NCBI GenBank assembly: GCA_964624455.1
Contig: CAZUXD010000007.1
Location: forward strand, 5,126-69,125
DNA from: an uncultured Actinomycetes bacterium
GTDB lineage: Bacteria; Actinomycetota; Actinomycetes; Mycobacteriales; Nakamurellaceae
DNA length: 64,000 nucleotides
Reading direction: 5' to 3'
The notes under the pieces were generated by a model. The model did not search any database. It was not told the DNA's origin and saw only the letters and a program-made list of their open reading frames with translations. The stretch's first letter is position 1. Each line of letters starts with the position of its first letter. Positions 59,106 through 64,000 of this stretch are shown here, piece by piece. The position numbers and the translations under genes were made by a program.

Positions 59106-60818
59106 TCAGCCGGTGGTCTGCAGCGCCGGTGTGGTGCCGGCCCTTTCGGTCGGATCATCGTCCATCGCGGCGCCGCTTGCCATCCGCTGGGCCAGCCGGG
59201 AGGCCAGCGCCATGATGGTCAGCGCCGGGTTCGCCGAGCCCTGCGTGGGACACACCGACCCGTCGGCCAGGAACAGGTTGGGCACAGCCCAGGCCCGCTG
59301 GTTGGCGTCCACCACCGACGTCGCCGGCGACGGTCCCATTCGGGCGCCGCCGATGAGGTGTGCGTACCGATGGATCGTCAGGATGTCCTGAGCGCCGGCG
59401 GCCTTCAGGATGTCGGTGATCACATCCGTGGAGTAGGCCATGTTGGCCTTGTCGTTGTCGGTGAGGTTGTAGTCCATGCGCGCCACCGGTAGCCCGTACT
59501 GGTCCTTCTCGTCGGCAACGGTGACGCGGTTCTCGGGGTGCGCGAGCAGTTCGTTGAGCACGCCGACCGTGGCCCAGTGGTTGTAGTCGCGCATGTACTC
59601 GCGCATCGCCCGGCCCCAGTGCCCGTCGGCCAGCACGTGCTCGGCCCACCCGATCGGAAGCGGGGACAAGGTCTGGACGGAGAAGCCGCGGGCGAACCCT
59701 CGGCTGGTGTCGGTCTCGTAGAAGTCCTCGCTGGAGACCTGGGGGGGCGGCGCCTTGTACATTCGCAGTTCCTCGGGCCAGCGGCCGGCCGTCTGGGTGG
59801 CGCCCTGCACCATCACGAAACGCCCGACGAGGTCCTCGTCGTTGCACAGCCCGTGCGGAAAGCGCGCGGAGGTGGAGTTCAGCAGCAGCCGAGGGGTTTC
59901 GATGGAATAGCCGGCGACCGCGACGAATCGGGCTCGTTGCAGATGCTCCGCGCGGCCAGCCTCGTCGTAGTAGACCACCCCCGCCGCTCGGCCGGATTCG
60001 TCGAGTTCGACCCGCGCCGCCATGCAGTTGGATCGGATCTCCACACCATGTTCGAGAGCGTCGGGCAGGTGGGTGTTGTAGGGGCTGGCCTTGGCATTGA
60101 CCTTGCAGCCCTGCAGGCAATATCCCCGGTAGATGCAATGCGGCCGGTTGCCGAACGTGCCGTTGACGATCGCGACCGGACCCACGCGCATGGTGATGCC
60201 CATCGCCAAGGCGCCCCGCCACACCTTGTCCGCCGCCGCCGAGACTGGATGGGGGCTGAACGGGTAGCGGTGCGCCTCGCCCCATGGCCAGTCCTGCCCC
60301 GTCACCGGCAGTTCGCTTTCCACCCGGCCGTAGTGATCGCGTAGGTCCGCGTAGGAGATCGGCCAGTCGGCGCCCACACCGTCGCGGGTGAAGGTCTCGA
60401 AGTCCGACGGGTGGAAGCGCGGGGTGTAGCCGGCGTAATGCACCATCGAACCGCCGACGCCGCGGCCGGAGTTGTTCTTGCCCAACTCGATGGGGTCCGT
60501 GCCGCCGACGATCCGTTTCTGCGTCCAGTACAGGCCGTGCGAACCGGCCTCGTCGGACACCCAGTCCTCGTCCGGGTGCCAGAACGGCCCCGCCTCGATG
60601 ATCACGATCCGCCAGCCGTGGCGGGCCAGTCGCTGGGCGAGCACCGATCCGCCTGCGCCGGCGCCAACGACCACCAGGTCCACCTCGTCGGAGGAGCCGT
60701 AGCGGCGCATGGTGGCCTCGCCCGGCAACTGGCGGGAGTGCACGTCCAGCAGGAATCGGGAGTCGTTGTCCTTCGGACCGATCGAGCCCTTGACGATTCC
60801 GCGCAGCAATTCGCCCAT
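59106..60818 (-). CDS. GMC-family FAD oxidoreductase (gluconate 2-dehydrogenase flavoprotein-like)
   Basis: 570 aa from ATG 60818 (ATGA overlap with the upstream gene). DLVVVGAGAGGSVLAQRLA…IIEAG… and C-terminal …NLFLADGSVCPTQGSANP…. Confidence 0.85.
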   Translation of the reverse strand: MGELLRGIVKGSIGPKDNDSRFLLDVHSRQLPGEATMRRYGSSDEVDLVVVGAGAGGSVLAQRLARHGWRIVIIEAGPFWHPDEDWVSDEAGSHGLYWTQKRIVGGTDPIELGKNNSGRGVGGSMVHYAGYTPRFHPSDFETFTRDGVGADWPISYADLRDHYGRVESELPVTGQDWPWGEAHRYPFSPHPVSAAADKVWRGALAMGITMRVGPVAIVNGTFGNRPHCIYRGYCLQGCKVNAKASPYNTHLPDALEHGVEIRSNCMAARVELDESGRAAGVVYYDEAGRAEHLQRARFVAVAGYSIETPRLLLNSTSARFPHGLCNDEDLVGRFVMVQGATQTAGRWPEELRMYKAPPPQVSSEDFYETDTSRGFARGFSVQTLSPLPIGWAEHVLADGHWGRAMREYMRDYNHWATVGVLNELLAHPENRVTVADEKDQYGLPVARMDYNLTDNDKANMAYSTDVITDILKAAGAQDILTIHRYAHLIGGARMGPSPATSVVDANQRAWAVPNLFLADGSVCPTQGSANPALTIMALASRLAQRMASGAAMDDDPTERAGTTPALQTTG

Positions 60819-61552
60819 CACAGACCTTCGTCCTGCACCAGGCGCACCGGGTCCTCGTCGGTCGCGCCGTGCTTCTCGAAGGGTTCGGTTGTGCTGACCG
60901 GTCCCAGCCGCATGTACCCGCGCGGGTATGCCGGTCCGCCGAAGCCGATCTCGTTCCACGCCCAGGGGTGGGAGTAGAAGCCGGCCAGGATGCCGCGCAT
61001 GCACACCGACCAGGCGCGGGTGACGTTGACCTCGTCCCACGCGCCGCCGGCCAGCCGCCCCTTCGACAGTTCCTCGACGATCGCCTCCCGCGTTTCGGCT
61101 TCGGCGCTCGCGAAGTTCGCCTTGCCGTAACGGTGCCGGGCGGCCTCGTCCAGGCCTCGGAGCACGAGGTGCCAGGTGTCCCGGTCGTCGGGCATGTCGG
61201 CGTACTGGAAGCCGTCCAGCTTGCCGTCGGCGAGTTTGGCATCCACCGATTCGGCGACCGGAATCCTCGGTTCGTCGTCCTGGGCCATCACGGTGTCGCA
61301 GAACGCGCGTAGCGTCGGCTCCTCCTCCGCGGTGAAGAACCGCAGCGGGCCGGGGGGATCCAGCCTGGCCAGCACGACCGCCTTGGTGGCGTGGTCCCAT
61401 GTCTGGGCGGCGTCGAAGACGTCGTAGTCGGGGTAGCGGCCGATCATCTGCGGGGTGGTGCCATGCCGCTGACGTGGCAACCAGGACGTCATCGGCGGTT
61501 GCCGGCCCGCGCGGAGGTTGGGCAGGTGGTGCGGTTTGCGAAAGTCCGGCAT
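60818..61552 (-). CDS. Gluconate 2-dehydrogenase subunit 3 (gamma)-family protein
   Basis: …FFTAEEEPTLRAFCDTVMAQDD…YSHPWAWNEIGFGGPAYPRGY…. Start taken as ATG 61552 to avoid overlap with the upstream gene. Confidence 0.7.
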   Translation of the reverse strand: MPDFRKPHHLPNLRAGRQPPMTSWLPRQRHGTTPQMIGRYPDYDVFDAAQTWDHATKAVVLARLDPPGPLRFFTAEEEPTLRAFCDTVMAQDDEPRIPVAESVDAKLADGKLDGFQYADMPDDRDTWHLVLRGLDEAARHRYGKANFASAEAETREAIVEELSKGRLAGGAWDEVNVTRAWSVCMRGILAGFYSHPWAWNEIGFGGPAYPRGYMRLGPVSTTEPFEKHGATDEDPVRLVQDEGL

Positions 61553-61583
61553 CGGCTGTATTGCTCCTACTTCTCGTTTGCTC

Positions 61584-62057
61584 CTACTTCTCGCGGCGCA
61601 GGATGGCGGCAAGGATCCCCATCCCGCCGACCATGGCCATCAGGCCGGGGGCGGTGATCGGCGGGCCCATCGGCATGTTGTAGCTGGGCAGCGACCAGCC
61701 GCCGGGCTTGCGAGCCACGCCGCGGGCGTGGAAATACTCGCCGGCCAGCCCGTCGGCGGCGAATATCGCGGCGGTGATGGGCAGCGCGGTCTTCGCCCAG
61801 CGCTTGCTGAACACGCCACCGATGCCCGCGACGACCAGGGGCGGCGTCACCAGGATGGGGGTCCACATCACCTTGTTGCCGAAGCTGGCCTTGTAGTGCT
61901 CGATATATATTTCGAATCCCGTCACCGCCGCGGCCACCGCGGTCAGGCCGGATAGCGCACGCTCGAACCGACCATGGCTGACGTTCACCAGCGCCCGATC
62001 GATCAGGTGCTCGGCGCTGGCCAGTGCGTCGCTTGAACCGGAGCGTCGCCCCCACAT
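61584..62057 (-). CDS. Small membrane protein (4 TM), unknown function
   Basis: 157 aa with hydrophobic helices (…LTAVAAAVTGFEIY…WTPILVTPPLVVAGIGGVF…ALPITAAIFAADGLAG…GLMAMVGGMGILAAIL). Tightly packed between the TPP-enzyme gene and the gamma-subunit gene. Confidence 0.5.
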   Translation of the reverse strand: MWGRRSGSSDALASAEHLIDRALVNVSHGRFERALSGLTAVAAAVTGFEIYIEHYKASFGNKVMWTPILVTPPLVVAGIGGVFSKRWAKTALPITAAIFAADGLAGEYFHARGVARKPGGWSLPSYNMPMGPPITAPGLMAMVGGMGILAAILRREK

Positions 62058-62060
62058 CGC

Positions 62061-63869
62061 CTACCGCCCCGGCAGGAACTCGTGGGCGAATTCCCGGGCG
62101 GCGGAAACCACACCCGCGAACCCCTCCTTGGGCTCGCCCAGGAACGACGAGGTCATGGCCTTCATCTGCTCGAAGGTGACGTGCGGCGGAATCGGGGGCT
62201 CCTCTGGATCGCTCATCGCGTCGATGATGACCGGACGGTCCGACGCGAATGCCGCCCGCCAGGCGTCGGCGATCTGCGCGGATCGGTCGACCTTGATGCC
62301 CTTGAGCCCGATCATCTCCGCCCAGGCGTGGTACGGCACGTATGGGATGTCTTGGGAGGCATCGAATTTCGGATCTCCCTCCATGGCCCGCTGCTCCCAC
62401 GTCACCTGGTTCAAGTCCTCGTTGTTCAGCACCATGATGATCAGCCGCGGGTCGGCCCAGGTCTTGTAGTACTTTGCCGCCGTGAGCATCTCGGCCATGC
62501 CGCCCATCTGCATCGCGCCGTCGCCGACCATGCCGACCACCACCCGATCGGGATAGGCGAACTTCGCCGCGATGGCGTACGGCACGCCGGGGACCATGGT
62601 CGCGAGGTTCCCGGACAGCGATGCCTTCATCCCGCGGCGGATCTTCACGTGGCGCGCGTACCAGTTCGCGGCGGATCCGGAGTCGCTCGACAGGATCGCG
62701 TTGTCCGGCAGTTGCCGGGACAGCTCCGCGAACAGCGCTTGCGGGCGTACCCGCGGGCGGTCTCCCTGCCGGTCGATGTCCGCCGGGGTCGCCCGGTCGT
62801 CCATCAGGGTCCACCACTTCCGGACGTTGTCCTCGATCTCCTGCTGCCAGGAGCGATCGTCCTTGCGTGTCAGCAGCGGCAGCAGTTCGGTCAGCGTCTG
62901 CTTGCTGTCGCCGATCAGCGCGAGGTCCATCGGGTATCGGATGGAGATCATCCGCGCGGACAGGTCGATCTGGATGCCCTTGGCCTGTCCCTCGGTCGGC
63001 AGGAACTCCGAGTAGGGGAACGACGAGCCGACCATCAGCAGCGTGTCCGCGTCCTGCATCATGTCCCAGCTCGGTTTGGTGCCGAGCAGCCCGATGGACC
63101 CGGTGCAGTACGGCACGTCGTCGGGTACCACGGCCTTGCCGAGCAGGGCCTTGGCGATGCCGGCGCCCAACTTGTCGGCGACGGCGATCACCTCGTCGGT
63201 GGCGTTCATCGCCCCCGCACCGACCAGCATGGCCACCTTCTTGCCGGTGTTCAGGATGTCCGCGGCGGTCTGCAGGTCGTGCTCCGACGGGATCTGCCGG
63301 CCCGGCCAGTAGCCCACGCCGGAATGCACGGTGTGCGTCTTCTTCGGCTGCTGCACAACCGCGTCCATGTCCTGCACGTCGGCGGGGATGATCACGGCGG
63401 TGACGGTGCGCATGCTCTTGGCGGTGCGCAGCGCCCGGTCGACCGTGTGCCGGATGGTGCCCGGCTCATTGGCCTGCTCGCAGTATTCGGCGGCGACGTC
63501 GGAATAGAGCTGCAGGAGCTTGACCTCTTGCTGGAAGGCGCCGCCCAGTGCCCGCACGAAGGTCTGCCCGACGATGGCCAAGACCGGCTGGTGGTCCAAC
63601 TTCGCGTCGTACAGGCCGTTGAGCAGGTGGATCGCACCGGGCCCGGAGGTGGCCATGCATACGCCCACCTCGCCGGTGTACTTGGCGTGCCCGCACGCCA
63701 TGAACGCGGCCATCTCCTCGTGCCGGGTCTGCACGAAGCGCAGCTTGTCCTTATGCCGGCGCAGTGCCGCGAGGATCCCGTTGATGCCGTCGCCCGGGAA
63801 GCCATAGATCGTCGTCACACCCCACGCGATCAATCGCTCGCACAGGTAGTCCGCTGCAGTGTCGCCCAT
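62061..63869 (-). CDS. Thiamine-pyrophosphate-requiring enzyme (pyruvate oxidase / pyruvate dehydrogenase (quinone) PoxB-like)
   Basis: 602 aa from ATG 63869: …IYGFPGDGINGIL…RHEEMAAFMA…TSGPGAIHLLNGLYDA…GDGAMQM…NNEDLN…. Confidence 0.85.
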   Translation of the reverse strand: MGDTAADYLCERLIAWGVTTIYGFPGDGINGILAALRRHKDKLRFVQTRHEEMAAFMACGHAKYTGEVGVCMATSGPGAIHLLNGLYDAKLDHQPVLAIVGQTFVRALGGAFQQEVKLLQLYSDVAAEYCEQANEPGTIRHTVDRALRTAKSMRTVTAVIIPADVQDMDAVVQQPKKTHTVHSGVGYWPGRQIPSEHDLQTAADILNTGKKVAMLVGAGAMNATDEVIAVADKLGAGIAKALLGKAVVPDDVPYCTGSIGLLGTKPSWDMMQDADTLLMVGSSFPYSEFLPTEGQAKGIQIDLSARMISIRYPMDLALIGDSKQTLTELLPLLTRKDDRSWQQEIEDNVRKWWTLMDDRATPADIDRQGDRPRVRPQALFAELSRQLPDNAILSSDSGSAANWYARHVKIRRGMKASLSGNLATMVPGVPYAIAAKFAYPDRVVVGMVGDGAMQMGGMAEMLTAAKYYKTWADPRLIIMVLNNEDLNQVTWEQRAMEGDPKFDASQDIPYVPYHAWAEMIGLKGIKVDRSAQIADAWRAAFASDRPVIIDAMSDPEEPPIPPHVTFEQMKAMTSSFLGEPKEGFAGVVSAAREFAHEFLPGR

Positions 63870-64000
63870 GACCCGTCCTTCGCTCGATGGCGGACCGCAA
63901 CCCGCCGCCACGGGCCGGTCAGTCGGTGGCCGCGTAGGTGCACGTGCGATCCGCTTTCGTGGTGCCCCACCAACTCGGGTCCCAAACCCGCGGGTCGGCA

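Noticed and set aside
63919-64000. Possible 3' end of another minus-strand gene at the right window edge (…WDPSWWGTTKADRTCTYAATD*).
   Set aside because: Only ~27 codons are visible and there is no motif, so it cannot be supported.

Overview
High-GC (roughly 70%) actinobacterial chromosomal segment. Lineage markers are the mycothiol ligase mshC, an F420-type LLM oxidoreductase, PAC2, and many ATGA/GTGA overlapping starts. All domain calls come from motif recognition by eye; no searches were run.

Gene order, left to right:
- The 3' end of an MBL-fold hydrolase.
- A truncated histidine operon: an in-frame hisD-hisC fusion, hisB, a small membrane ORF and hisH. It stops at a 16-bp x3 tandem repeat, and no hisA/hisF follows.
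- A vapC/phd-type TA pair.
- imuA' with a LexA box.
- A ~13-kb type IV pilus locus: divergent pilT, then pilB-pilC-pilA-pilM-pilN-pilO plus three pilin-like genes. One of these is a 999-aa modular pilin with ~7 Ig-like repeats and a ricin-type lectin. Another is PilX-like with two ricin-type modules.
- A ~1-kb lower-GC non-coding region holding a 9-bp satellite and five dispersed copies of a 24-28-nt element.
- A DUF222/HNH (13E12-like) gene whose stop overlaps the imuB start, then dnaE2.
- Housekeeping genes: xthA, a GATase, glnE, ftsY, an SDR, DUF4389, a PRTase, an M20 peptidase, a RecD2-like helicase and an AKR.
- The LLM / phosphatase / DUF3090 / SCO1664 / metalloprotease / mshC neighbourhood, then PAC2.
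- A minus-strand oxidation cluster: TPP enzyme, membrane protein, gluconate-2-DH gamma-like subunit, GMC flavoprotein, cytochrome b-molybdopterin fusion, GH15, enolase-superfamily enzyme and an aldose-1-epimerase remnant.

No rRNA, tRNA, CRISPR array, transposase or integrase was recognised.

Recurrent theme: short in-frame tandem repeats and low-complexity insertions inside otherwise conserved proteins (HisD, ImuB, DnaE2, GlnE, the RecD2-like helicase, the HNH protein).

Most interesting signals:
- the lectin-bearing modular pilins;
- the SOS mutasome cassette split by the pilus locus, with an HNH gene coupled to imuB;
- the unexplained five-copy repeat upstream of that operon.
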